Shown one piece after another: positions 10,836 to 21,117 of a stretch of 64,000 nucleotides of DNA. Position numbers and translations under genes: made by a program. Position 1 is the stretch's first letter. The number at the start of each line of letters is the position of its first letter. The stretch is taken from NCBI GenBank assembly GCA_016839585.1, contig JAEOTZ010000050.1, positions 1 through 64,000 of the forward strand. Direction: 5' to 3'. The notes under the pieces were generated by a model, which was given only the letters and a program-made list of their open reading frames with translations, had not been told where the DNA came from and made no database searches. Origin of the DNA: Promethearchaeota archaeon (GTDB taxonomy: Archaea; Asgardarchaeota; Lokiarchaeia; Sigyniarchaeales; SOKP01).

Positions 10836-11465
10836 ATGAATAACACAGATAAAATTATCTTATACGATTCTATAAATAAAATTAAAATTATTGGAGAATT
10901 TACAGGTTCAATTATTTCAAAATATAAAGACTCAATTATCTTTTCAGATAATATAAAAATTACAGAATCTGAAGGAATTAATATTTCTCAAGGTTTATTA
11001 GTTGGATTTGAAGATATATCTGAAAATAAGATTGCTTATTCGAGGAAATCTGATTTCTCCTGGGAAAATCTGGAGGATTCTGCCTTGGAGTATTGTGTTT
11101 TAATACCAAATGATATTATGGAACTTTATAGCGAAGGACAATTCTCTGATGCATTTCCGTTTACAATTACTCTTTTACACACTGCAGGATTATATTTAAA
11201 TGATTTTAAACAAGGAATTAATCATCTTGATTTTTTTAAAGGTGAAATTCTTAAAAATCCAGTTGCTTTAATTAGAAATGGGATGCTAGTTGCTGATAGA
11301 GTTGTAATTAATGATAAAGGTGATCCTGTCTTTTATGATTGTTTAATTGTAGGACGAGACCAAAAAGAGGATCTTAATATAAGTTTTGAACCTTTAGCTA
11401 ATGTAGATGACCGAGTAGTTGAATTCGTAATAATTTTAGGTATAGAGTCACTTAAGACTACATAA
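10836..11465 (+). CDS. Hypothetical protein
   Basis: 209 aa ORF, no recognised motif. Confidence 0.6.
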   Translation: MNNTDKIILYDSINKIKIIGEFTGSIISKYKDSIIFSDNIKITESEGINISQGLLVGFEDISENKIAYSRKSDFSWENLEDSALEYCVLIPNDIMELYSEGQFSDAFPFTITLLHTAGLYLNDFKQGINHLDFFKGEILKNPVALIRNGMLVADRVVINDKGDPVFYDCLIVGRDQKEDLNISFEPLANVDDRVVEFVIILGIESLKTT

Positions 11466-11504
11466 TATAAAAATTAAAAATTTAAATCTTTATGAATCAC
11501 TGAG

Positions 11505-12734
11505 ATGCTACTTTTCGAAAATACCAGACAAAAGTTATTGTATTTCTTGAAAATTCTTGGCTCCCCTTTCAAAAAATTTGTATCTACAGGTGAGTTTAAG
11601 GAAGAGCTTAGTCTAGTTCAATCAAGACAGGATTTATTAGAATCAATAATAAATATAATTGAGAATAACGAGAATTTTATCTTACCTATTATTGGAGAAG
11701 TAGGAATTGGAAAGACACATTTATATTGGACACTAAAAAATAAATTATATTATCATAATACTGTATATATTTCATTAGAGAATGTATATAAGAAATTCTA
11801 TTACAATACATATTCAGAATTTATTGAAAATTTGGGAGTTGAACCATTAAGATATATCGCAAATCAATTGTGTAATAGTTGGGGTGCATTAGAAAGAAAA
11901 TTTGGATTTTTTCATGTAGCTGATATAAGTAAAGTAAGAAAAACTGCTTGTGAAAATTGGTCATCAAAGTTTGATGATGAAATTGCATTAACAGATGTAA
12001 TAAATGCAATTACAGCTCATCAATTAGATCCTTATAAAAAAATTGATGCTGAAAGATGGCTTCTTGGAGAATTAATGGATGTAAGAGAATTATCAAGATT
12101 AAATTTAACACATGATTTAAGGAAAGAAGTTAATTCATTTTTAATGTTGAAAATTCTTATTGAGAATTCCAAATTAGGAAGCGTACTTTTTATTGACGAT
12201 TTTGAAAAAATTCTCTCTATGATGAAGGCTGCTGAAGAAGAAACAGATGAGACTGAAGAAGTTTTTGATCCAAGTTGGCTTTATGGAACGCAAAATCGAG
12301 CTTTACCCGAAATTAGGACTGCTAAAAAAATACTTGATAAAATTCTCAATTTACAGAAGATACATGGAATAAGAACTATTATTACCCTAAAATCAATTGA
12401 TTCATTTGAAGAAATAAAAAAAATGATTGAAGAAAAGAATAGAAAACTCTTATTTTTCTTAAAGGAACCTCTATTTCTGTTAGGATTGGATGAACGAGAT
12501 ATGTTCCAATTTTATAAGAAAGCAATGGAGCAATTCCTCGAAAATATAAATTATGTTGAATTTCTTAAGGAAAATCCAGATTCTTATTATCCTTTAAATG
12601 AAAAAGTTTTAAAATATATATTCAATGAGTCCAATGGTAATCCGAGAGAAATAATAAAATTTTTAATAAAAATATTTAATGAAATAATTTTTTCTTATGA
12701 AGAATTAGATGATATTCTTGTAAAATATGAATAA
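11505..12734 (+). CDS. P-loop AAA+-type ATPase
   Basis: Walker A GEVGIGKT, Walker B VLFIDDFE, sensor-2-like SNGNPRE. Confidence 0.8.
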   Translation: MLLFENTRQKLLYFLKILGSPFKKFVSTGEFKEELSLVQSRQDLLESIINIIENNENFILPIIGEVGIGKTHLYWTLKNKLYYHNTVYISLENVYKKFYYNTYSEFIENLGVEPLRYIANQLCNSWGALERKFGFFHVADISKVRKTACENWSSKFDDEIALTDVINAITAHQLDPYKKIDAERWLLGELMDVRELSRLNLTHDLRKEVNSFLMLKILIENSKLGSVLFIDDFEKILSMMKAAEEETDETEEVFDPSWLYGTQNRALPEIRTAKKILDKILNLQKIHGIRTIITLKSIDSFEEIKKMIEEKNRKLLFFLKEPLFLLGLDERDMFQFYKKAMEQFLENINYVEFLKENPDSYYPLNEKVLKYIFNESNGNPREIIKFLIKIFNEIIFSYEELDDILVKYE

Positions 12735-12744
12735 ATCTATTAAA

Positions 12745-13479
12745 TTATAGATTTTTTAGCAAAATTCTTTCATAAGTATCAATTTCTTTAATGTATATCT
12801 CTTTAGAATCCTTATCCCAATTAGCGTTTTCTATCTTTTTTTTGAAAGATTCTAGGTTTATAACTGATTTAAAATAAGCTATTAGTAAAGATCGAATTGT
12901 TCTTTTTTTAATACTTTTATACATCTCTGAATCATTTAATAGGAAAAATAATTGATTTGAATCGTGAACAAATTTTTGTAAAATTAAGGAACATTCCCGA
13001 ATAATTTCAGAATTTTTAGATTTTAAAATTTGTATGATATTTTTCAAAATAAAATTAGGAAGATTTTGTAAACCAAGTAAAATCTTTAAAGAATTAATAA
13101 CAACTGGTTCATAATCATCTATTAATGAAAATCTTATCAATTGAAGGTGATATCCTGGCAATTCTGATTTTCTTGAAATTTTATCTATTGCCTGAATTAT
13201 TTCATTTCTTACCCACCTATCAGATTTGTAATATATTTCTTCTAAGAATTTGAGATATCTCTCATCCAATTGGACTTTTTCTCCAATTTCGCCCAATGCA
13301 AAAATTAAATTTATCTTAATTTTTTCAAAAATTGGGAGGTTAATATTATCAATGAAATAGTTTAAAAATGCAAGATATTCTTTTTCTGGATCTTTACTTA
13401 ATTCAATTAGAAATTCATTAATTTCTTCCGAATTTTTAGATTTAATAGCTTTTTTAAAAAGATTATTCATTGATTCCAT
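12745..13479 (-). CDS. HEAT-repeat protein
   Basis: INLIFALGEIG, SDRWVRNEIIQAIDKI, DDYEPVVINSLKIL repeats. Confidence 0.65.
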   Translation of the reverse strand: MESMNNLFKKAIKSKNSEEINEFLIELSKDPEKEYLAFLNYFIDNINLPIFEKIKINLIFALGEIGEKVQLDERYLKFLEEIYYKSDRWVRNEIIQAIDKISRKSELPGYHLQLIRFSLIDDYEPVVINSLKILLGLQNLPNFILKNIIQILKSKNSEIIRECSLILQKFVHDSNQLFFLLNDSEMYKSIKKRTIRSLLIAYFKSVINLESFKKKIENANWDKDSKEIYIKEIDTYERILLKNL

Positions 13480-13684
13480 GAATTATAACAAATCTTTTAT
13501 GTATATTGTAAAAATAATAAAGAAAGTTAAGCTAAAAAATTTAATTAGAGTTAAAATTTAGGGGGAAAATTTCCATATTTTTAATAGATCTATTTATTAA
13601 TGATAATTTCCACTAACTAGTTATTATTACAAAACATCAATTAAGAAGCTAATCTAATTAATAAATGATAAGAGGTTTGAGTAA

Positions 13685-14662
13685 ATGAAAATTCAAATCA
13701 AAGAAATGATTATATATGGGACACTAAAAGCAGTATTCTACTTAGTTCTCCCTATTATTCTTATTAATGTACTTTCTGATATTGGAATTATGGAATTTAG
13801 CTCAAGTTTCATTATTTTTCTTATAGTTATTGGAGCTATAGGTACTGTTATTGCAGTTTTAAAACACACATTTCCTAAAGACACAGTAGCGAATAGCGTT
13901 ATGGGTATAATTGATTCAATTTTTTCTGGTATTTATCTCTTTTACATTTTTGGTGGTTTTGCTGTAGGAAAAACTTTTGGGGAATATCGTATCGAAATAG
14001 AAAATATCAAAGTACTTCTGGGGTTGCAACTAATCGCATGGTTACTTTTAGCAGCTGCCGGGATCAAAGCTTTAGAACATATTATCAGAACTATAGAATT
14101 AAGTAGGAAAAAGGAATATCATGTTAAAGTTAAACGTCAATTTAAAGCCAGTACTTTCTTCCGTGCTATCGGAACTTTAGCCAATATCGCATTTGCTTTC
14201 TATATTTTAAGTATTATTGTAAGCGGTGCAAATATATCAGTTGATCTCCATGAGAGTTTCGTACCAGGTTTTTATGAGGGAAATCCATACCCAGATCTTT
14301 CTGATGATACTGTAAATATTACGATAACTTTTGATGTGCAAAATAAGGGAATTTATGCAATTCATGATGTTAATCTTGATGTTAGTGTTTACACTGTAAA
14401 TACGTCTCACACATTGCCATTTGACCTTCCTGATAATACAAAAATAGGTGAGTTAACAGGGGTCCATTATTTTGAATTTAGTTCTTTTTCTACAACGAAA
14501 GATAAAAATCTCACGGTCCTCATTGATCCTACGCATGTACCAGCATTACTTACTAATAATGCAACTCTAAGTTTTCGAATTTCATTCTTGGCACTCTATG
14601 CTGGAATTTTTGTTAATTTAAATATATCCATCGAAGTCCCATGGATTCTTAGATATCCTTAG
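13685..14662 (+). CDS. Multi-pass membrane protein with C-terminal beta-rich domain
   Basis: About 5 hydrophobic helices followed by a beta-strand-rich region (VNITITFDVQNKGIYAIHDVNLDV). Confidence 0.6.
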   Translation: MKIQIKEMIIYGTLKAVFYLVLPIILINVLSDIGIMEFSSSFIIFLIVIGAIGTVIAVLKHTFPKDTVANSVMGIIDSIFSGIYLFYIFGGFAVGKTFGEYRIEIENIKVLLGLQLIAWLLLAAAGIKALEHIIRTIELSRKKEYHVKVKRQFKASTFFRAIGTLANIAFAFYILSIIVSGANISVDLHESFVPGFYEGNPYPDLSDDTVNITITFDVQNKGIYAIHDVNLDVSVYTVNTSHTLPFDLPDNTKIGELTGVHYFEFSSFSTTKDKNLTVLIDPTHVPALLTNNATLSFRISFLALYAGIFVNLNISIEVPWILRYP

Positions 14663-14710
14663 TCTAAATATAATATAAAAAATTTTTTATTTTTTTATTA
14701 TTCAATCAAT

Positions 14711-16111
14711 TTATTTATCAGGATGAGCTACAATACTTTTTAATGGATTAACGATTGCCTCTTTAATCATAGAATAAAATTTCTTTCTAAATTTTTCATT
14801 ATTTTCAATTACTGGTATAAGCTGCTCATTCATTTTTTTTGCCATTTCATCATTTTGTGGAAACGTATCATAGAATCCCTGTTTTTCATAATACTTATCA
14901 TCTGCCCGAAATATTAATCGAAGTCTACTATAAACAGCATCACGAAAAAGTAATTTTCCACCTACACTAAGATAAGTTTCAGGTTGTATATAATTAGAAT
15001 TAGAAAAACGAATTAGTTGGTGAGCACAATTCTGAAGCACCGAATTGATTTCAGCAGAATCCCCAAATTCGTCGGTGATAAAATCAACACAATTAGATCC
15101 TTGAGACTCCAAATACGCTTGAAAGATCTGTTTAATATTTGGAATTTGACTAAGAGGACCCGAAATAATAAAGGCAATTTGCTTTCCTATTAAAGTTGGA
15201 ACATGATTATTAAAAAAAGCTCTGTCAAAAACCATTTTCCATCGTGAAGATAAATATCTATCTTTTATATTTCCAGCAAAAACCAAAATATCTGAAGGTT
15301 TAAGTTTTTGGTTCCAAAAAGCCATAAACTCGTCTTTCTCTTTATAAACACATTGGTTATCATACCCACACTGACAACAACCAAGACATCCTCCTTTAAT
15401 ATTAATATCATAAATATTGATAATTTCAATATTTTCAGTGAATGAATTGCGAAATGTGTTAATCATCTTCCCTAAATTTGTCCTATCATCAGTTGAATCT
15501 GTTATAATAAGGATCTTTTTACCTTCAGTACTAATTTTATTTTTTTTAACCTCTATCTTATTCGGGTTATAACTAAAATTCCGGTAATTAAGAGGTGGAA
15601 AATGTTTGGAGGTGGGTATATTATTTTCAATTGCATAAAAAAAGTTTTTTGCAAAATGAATTAACTTAGTTCTATTTTCAGATCTGAATAATTCATTCAT
15701 ATCAGGAGAAAATTTTCCTACGTACTTCATTTCGAGATCATCACAAATAGCATGCAAATAGTTATGAGCTGTATGGTCAAAAAAGTGAATTGAGGTCGTT
15801 AAAGCTACAGTATATTTATCTTTAAAAGCACCTTTGGCATTTCTTTCAGTAATAAGTTCAATGAATCGTTTATATTGAGATGGTACAAGTAAAACATATA
15901 CAGGAGTCCCCCAAATGATTCCATCTGATGCTTTAATTTCTTCGATAATCTCGTAAAATTTTTCTTGATCCCTATCAAGATGTTTAATTTGCTGAGCTAC
16001 ATTTAAGATTTTTAATTCATGCTGGGGAAATTTTTTCTGAATGTATAAGATATATTGCATAGTAACACTTAGATCACCTTTAGGGCTTCCATTTAAAACT
16101 ATAATCTTCAT
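14711..16111 (-). CDS. Tandem flavodoxin-fold NAD(P)H-dependent FMN reductase / iron-sulfur flavoprotein
   Basis: LNGSPKG, GTPVY; second domain with the Isf-type motif CLGCCQCGYDNQC. Confidence 0.8.
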   Translation of the reverse strand: MKIIVLNGSPKGDLSVTMQYILYIQKKFPQHELKILNVAQQIKHLDRDQEKFYEIIEEIKASDGIIWGTPVYVLLVPSQYKRFIELITERNAKGAFKDKYTVALTTSIHFFDHTAHNYLHAICDDLEMKYVGKFSPDMNELFRSENRTKLIHFAKNFFYAIENNIPTSKHFPPLNYRNFSYNPNKIEVKKNKISTEGKKILIITDSTDDRTNLGKMINTFRNSFTENIEIINIYDINIKGGCLGCCQCGYDNQCVYKEKDEFMAFWNQKLKPSDILVFAGNIKDRYLSSRWKMVFDRAFFNNHVPTLIGKQIAFIISGPLSQIPNIKQIFQAYLESQGSNCVDFITDEFGDSAEINSVLQNCAHQLIRFSNSNYIQPETYLSVGGKLLFRDAVYSRLRLIFRADDKYYEKQGFYDTFPQNDEMAKKMNEQLIPVIENNEKFRKKFYSMIKEAIVNPLKSIVAHPDK

Positions 16112-16294
16112 TTCTGTAATTCTTCTCTTAAATGATGATTGGTATTTGTTAGAAATAAATAATTAATAAATAATTAATTATTGCATATTCAGTAAATTAC
16201 CTACAATTTTGTATTTTTTAATTTATCATAATAGTATAAATTGTGAAATTTTGGGATGCTTACATCAAAGAGCTTCTTTAAATTCAATATAATA

Positions 16295-17047
16295 TTATTC
16301 AATTGACTCAATATTTTTCCCAACAACTCCAATATAAACAACAGTCTCATTTAGGCCGTCAATATTCAGCAAGTTGTTTAACTCATCATCATAAATTGCA
16401 CCAATTGTACAAGCTCCAAGTCCTAATGCTTCAGCAATTAAGTAAAAATTCTGACCAATATGACCACAATCCATATAAATGTATCTATAACATCTCTGTA
16501 AGTATTTCCATTTTGATCTTTCAATCACAGCAGTCCAAATAAAGTTTATAGCAGAGTTGTATGTCATTTCTTGCCCTAAAGCCCCTTCAGTTACATCATG
16601 ACGGAAATCTCCTTCTTTTAATAACTCAAGGGCATGTTCAGGAATATTATAATGATAAACTCCTTGTTTAAGATTATCAACATTATTTACAACCGGATAA
16701 GTCTCTATAGGATAAAGCCCTCCAGCAGATGGAGTAGTACGAAAAGCATATTGTGGAAAAATTCTTGTAAGTCCTGACATCCCGAATAAAAGTAAGCTCA
16801 TTCCCATCAAAGTCAGTGGTTTATCTTTAAATTCGCGAGTAGAATGGCGATTCTGTATCGTCTTCCAAAAGCTTATTTTCTCGTTAAAATCTGGTTTAGG
16901 TAATTTGATCTTCTTAATAGCATTTGGAAAAGTTTTATATGTTTTTGGTTTATATGCCCAATCTAAATAATGTTTAGGTAATTTACCTCTATAATACTTA
17001 GATTTTTGCTGGAATTTATCGCCAAAATTATCTAAATTCTCACTCAT
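16295..17047 (-). CDS. SagB/ThcOx-family FMN-dependent dehydrogenase (nitroreductase fold)
   Basis: RHSTREF, RTTPSAGGLYP, DCGHIGQN, GACTIGA. Confidence 0.9.
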   Translation of the reverse strand: MSENLDNFGDKFQQKSKYYRGKLPKHYLDWAYKPKTYKTFPNAIKKIKLPKPDFNEKISFWKTIQNRHSTREFKDKPLTLMGMSLLLFGMSGLTRIFPQYAFRTTPSAGGLYPIETYPVVNNVDNLKQGVYHYNIPEHALELLKEGDFRHDVTEGALGQEMTYNSAINFIWTAVIERSKWKYLQRCYRYIYMDCGHIGQNFYLIAEALGLGACTIGAIYDDELNNLLNIDGLNETVVYIGVVGKNIESIE

Positions 17048-17143
17048 AATTAGATTGATTTATTTTAATTTAAATAAATTGATTTTATTTTCTATAAATC
17101 ATATAAAAAGAAAAAAGAAAAGAATATTAATTACGTTTAGTTT

Positions 17144-17380
17144 TTATTTAACTGCTTCGAAATATATATACCACTGTTCATCATCGTCTATGAATTCTGT
17201 TCCGAGATGCTTATGTTTTGTTTTAGCTAAATCTCTAGGAACGCTCTCAGATGCTGGCTTGTAATCAGTAATTACTTTTAAAACTGTGCCCGGTCTCATT
17301 TTCATGAGTTGTTTTTTAGTTTTTAAAGCAGGAACAGGACATACTAATCCGCAGACATTTAATTCCATATCAAATTTCAT
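17144..17380 (-). CDS. tusA: TusA-family sulfur carrier (second copy)
   Basis: LNVCGLVCPVP (CPxP) motif, 78 aa. Confidence 0.88.
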   Translation of the reverse strand: MKFDMELNVCGLVCPVPALKTKKQLMKMRPGTVLKVITDYKPASESVPRDLAKTKHKHLGTEFIDDDEQWYIYFEAVK

Positions 17381-17407
17381 AATTTTTACCTCTTAATTTT
17401 TTTAATT

Positions 17408-19879
17408 TTAATCACACATTAAAGTAAATATTGGTTCATCCATACCTGGTTCAACCTTCATTTCAACCTGCATTAATTGAGCCAATCGAAGTGCCTCATA
17501 TCGTACTTTTTTAGGCTCCAACTCTAAATTTTTTACCATATCGCTTATGGTGCTTGGTCCTTGAAGGGTGATATAATCTAGAACTTGTTGCCTTGGAGCT
17601 TTTACAAAAGTTAAAAGTTCTCTTTTTGATTTAAGATTAATAGCTTTATTCAATTCATCCTTATTCACTTTTCCTTCTTCAAATAAACCTTTTTTAATAG
17701 CATTTTCTACAATTTCTTTACCTCTGTCAGTCCATGCTACTACCGTCGTGTAGCCCTTTTGAGAACCAACCTCACCAGCAGTTAAATCGGAATAAATTGC
17801 TGGAAAATCCTGGCAATGTGAACAGAAGTGATTGCAGCTTAAACAACGACGTGCTTCTTGTAATGCCATTTCTTCATTGAACATCTGATCAATTTCATCA
17901 AAACTCCACTGAATCTCTTCTGTAGCTTCTAATAAAGTCTCCGGCTTTAATGAATAATCTTTTGGAGGTTTTTTTGGACCAGTAAAGAACATTTTATCTT
18001 GTTTATACCGACCGGCTATCATATCTTTACCTTTTAAAAATTTATCAATTGAAATTGCAGCTTCCTTTCCGTGAGCAATCGCTGCGATTGCTACTGCTTT
18101 TGAATTGTTAATTATATCCCCACCAGCAAAAACTCCTGGTATGTTAGTTTCAAAAGTAATTTCATTTATTTTGATTTTATTTCTTTCTTTTTCTAACTTG
18201 TTATCAGTCGCATCATCAATAAGTTCAAAATCTACAGCTTGACCAACTGCTATAACAATTGAATCGATTGGAATTTCGTACTCAGAACCCTCAATTATAT
18301 TTAACGATCGTCTACCATTCTCATCAGGTGAACTCCATTCTGTTTTGTGGCAATTTAACACTAATTTACCATCTTTATTTTGGGTAATTTTAGATGTTGA
18401 AGTTGAAAAGTGATATTGCATGTATTTAAATTCATTTTCTGGAATATCTTTCAAAACTAATTCAAGTTGTTCTTCTGACATGATATCAACAAGATGAATT
18501 TTATCAGCCCCTAATCGGAGGGCAGTTTGTGCAACATCAACTGCAACCGGACCACCCCCAATGATACCTAAGGTTTTTCCCTTGAATTCTTCTTTTTTTT
18601 CCCAATAGCGATATTTTCTATCAATAAGAAATCTAATAGCAACATGAACATCAGGGAGATCTTCTCCTTCTAAATGAAGTGTTCGTGGTTTATATTGACC
18701 TGTACCAATGAATATAGCTTCAAAACCATCATTTTTTAGATCTGCTATTGTCATCTCAGGTCCTAATGCTTTATTAAGTTGAATCTCAACACCTGCATTT
18801 TTTATCATTTCAACATCATAGTCCAATACATAGTTTGGCAATCTAAATTGTGGAACACCAAATCTCAACATACCTCCTGTTTGATCGGCTTTTTCAAAAA
18901 TTTTTGGAGCATATCCTAACTTTGCCAAATAATATGCGGCAGTTAATCCTGCTGGTCCAGAACCGATAATTGCTATTTTTTTACCATTCTTTTTAGATTT
19001 TCCCTTTGTTTTTACACTATTTTTATCACCATGCTTCATTTCCCACTCAGTGACGAATTTTTTCAATTCACGAATAGCTACCGGGTGATCGTCACCAATC
19101 AGGGTGCAACCATGCTCGCATTCATTAGTACAAATTCTACCACAAATTGAAGGCAGTGGATTATTCTCACGAATTAAATCTACTGCCTCTTGATTTTTTC
19201 CTTGCCTTATCAATGATATATATCCTTGGGCATTAACACCTGAAGGGCAACCGTTACAACAAGGTGAACAAATTAAACCCATATCGGTTTGTTCTGTTCT
19301 CATATGAGAATTACAAAATAAACCTATCTTCAAAATTTCTCTATTCATTTGGGTCTCTAAATCGGCGGCACCTCTCATTTCACATGGAACTCCAACTATT
19401 CCTATTGGTTCAAATGTTTCACCCATTAAGTCCACCAATTTTTCGAGAACTCCCGAACGACCATAAACAACTCCTGCTTTTTCTATAACTTCATTAGGAT
19501 CAGATACTTTGTCTGCTTGAGGTTTATCACCAATATCTTGGACCATTACTATATCAGTAAGACTTTTTTCCTCTAAAAGATTTTTAGCTATTGTTGTAAC
19601 AAAACCACCATTAGCTGCCTTTGCCAAAATCTTAGGATCTTTACTTCTCAGGGAATAAATGCCTTTAGGTTGTTTTTGTATAAACTGTTTTTGGATAACT
19701 TGAGGGCAGCTTTGATAGCATTTACCACAATACTGACCATTTCTCTCAAGGATACAATAATCTTTTAATATTGGACGTAGTACTTCCATCTCAATATGTT
19801 TACATGAACCTGCACATAATCCACAGCCTTGACATAACCCAACATCAATAATTTCTTTGTTTAATAACTCAAAACTCAT
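17408..19879 (-). CDS. FrhB-like FAD/Fe-S protein with an inserted GltD/NfnB-like NAD(P)H-FAD module and a C-terminal wHTH
   Basis: N-terminal ferredoxin + AANGGFVTT, VGVPCE, IGLFC; then PCCNGCP..ICGRICTNECE, GSGPAG, GGGPVA, FAGGD, RCLSC; then CSHCQDF..SDLTAGEVGS..GYTTVV; helical wHTH at the end. Confidence 0.8.
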   Translation of the reverse strand: MSFELLNKEIIDVGLCQGCGLCAGSCKHIEMEVLRPILKDYCILERNGQYCGKCYQSCPQVIQKQFIQKQPKGIYSLRSKDPKILAKAANGGFVTTIAKNLLEEKSLTDIVMVQDIGDKPQADKVSDPNEVIEKAGVVYGRSGVLEKLVDLMGETFEPIGIVGVPCEMRGAADLETQMNREILKIGLFCNSHMRTEQTDMGLICSPCCNGCPSGVNAQGYISLIRQGKNQEAVDLIRENNPLPSICGRICTNECEHGCTLIGDDHPVAIRELKKFVTEWEMKHGDKNSVKTKGKSKKNGKKIAIIGSGPAGLTAAYYLAKLGYAPKIFEKADQTGGMLRFGVPQFRLPNYVLDYDVEMIKNAGVEIQLNKALGPEMTIADLKNDGFEAIFIGTGQYKPRTLHLEGEDLPDVHVAIRFLIDRKYRYWEKKEEFKGKTLGIIGGGPVAVDVAQTALRLGADKIHLVDIMSEEQLELVLKDIPENEFKYMQYHFSTSTSKITQNKDGKLVLNCHKTEWSSPDENGRRSLNIIEGSEYEIPIDSIVIAVGQAVDFELIDDATDNKLEKERNKIKINEITFETNIPGVFAGGDIINNSKAVAIAAIAHGKEAAISIDKFLKGKDMIAGRYKQDKMFFTGPKKPPKDYSLKPETLLEATEEIQWSFDEIDQMFNEEMALQEARRCLSCNHFCSHCQDFPAIYSDLTAGEVGSQKGYTTVVAWTDRGKEIVENAIKKGLFEEGKVNKDELNKAINLKSKRELLTFVKAPRQQVLDYITLQGPSTISDMVKNLELEPKKVRYEALRLAQLMQVEMKVEPGMDEPIFTLMCD

Positions 19880-19881
19880 TA

Positions 19882-21117
19882 TTATCCCTCTCTAATTTTA
19901 ATTTCTTTAATTATCCCATTAGAATCTATGCTATATTCTACAAAACCATTCTTATAGGTTCCCTCAACCAGTTCAAAAATATGGGTTTTATAATTATCAA
20001 AATTATCTTCCTCTTTAATTTGCGATTTGAATCCACCAAAAAAGACATTTGATAAATTCATATTACCGGCAATTTTCCGAATTTCATTAGTTACTTTTTC
20101 ATACTGTTTTGCATCATGCATTTCAATTGCTTTCTGTAATTCTTTTTCTAATTTTAACAATTCTTCACGATATTTCTTTGTTTCCTCACTTATTTCAATT
20201 TGATTTGCTTTTTCGTATGGTTCAATTATTTTGAGAGTTAATAAAATCGATTTATCCCCTCCTAATAATCCTGTAATTAATGGCAATTCCTCAATTAATC
20301 TTCCAATAAATACATCTTCTAATAGTTTACCTGAAGATTCAATCCTTCCTTTAGGCAAACCGGATGTAGCTAATGAAAATCTAAAAAAGTTTCCAAGGAT
20401 ATCCGGGAGGCTTTTAGTCACATCATCCTCTTCGTCTGCAAGTTTATCAGTTGCTCCCTTTTCAGAGTGTTCAGTAGCCACTTCAATGTTTCCCATAAGA
20501 GTACCAAACATTCCTAGCATTCTGATACCAGACCTTTCAACCATAGGTTTGCAACCTCTGCAGGGTGTATTATAATCAATACATCGTTCTTGACATTCTT
20601 TAGCAATAAATCCAATACATAGAAATCCTAAATCATTAAAGCAGGTTTCGTTATCAACTAATTCAATTTGCCGGTGAACTGTATCTAGATATTCGCATGT
20701 TGCCCTACGATTACACACTTCACAGAGAGTTCTAAGTTTCGATGGTTTTTCTCCGTTAATTGCAGTTTTTAGTTCCTCAATTTCTCCTAAACATCCATTA
20801 ATGTTTATGGGATTATCAATTAAGTTTTTTAGGGGTGAGATTTCATGACCATGTTGATTTGCTAATGCAAAAATACCTCCCATACTTGTACAATTTCCAT
20901 ATGCGATAACTTTTTCTGAGTTAGCTTTAATTCTTTCCAGATTTTCCTTATTATGTGGTAATAGGTATCCTGTAATTACAGCAACTTGAGTTTTTTCTCC
21001 TTTCCAATTTTGAGGATTAGCAATAAATTGTACTTTATAGCTAGGATCAAGCTTTAGAAGTAAAGATTCGTTATAACACTTATTACAACCATTAAATTGA
21101 AATACTTTAACATCCAT
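19882..21117 (-). CDS. MvhG/VhuG-like [NiFe]-hydrogenase small-subunit homolog with a C-terminal large-subunit-like extension
   Basis: GCNKC, AYGNCTSMGG, INGC, CEVC, CF..LGFLCIG, CRGC; about 150 aa extension resembling MvhA without its Cys motifs. Confidence 0.75.
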   Translation of the reverse strand: MDVKVFQFNGCNKCYNESLLLKLDPSYKVQFIANPQNWKGEKTQVAVITGYLLPHNKENLERIKANSEKVIAYGNCTSMGGIFALANQHGHEISPLKNLIDNPININGCLGEIEELKTAINGEKPSKLRTLCEVCNRRATCEYLDTVHRQIELVDNETCFNDLGFLCIGFIAKECQERCIDYNTPCRGCKPMVERSGIRMLGMFGTLMGNIEVATEHSEKGATDKLADEEDDVTKSLPDILGNFFRFSLATSGLPKGRIESSGKLLEDVFIGRLIEELPLITGLLGGDKSILLTLKIIEPYEKANQIEISEETKKYREELLKLEKELQKAIEMHDAKQYEKVTNEIRKIAGNMNLSNVFFGGFKSQIKEEDNFDNYKTHIFELVEGTYKNGFVEYSIDSNGIIKEIKIREG

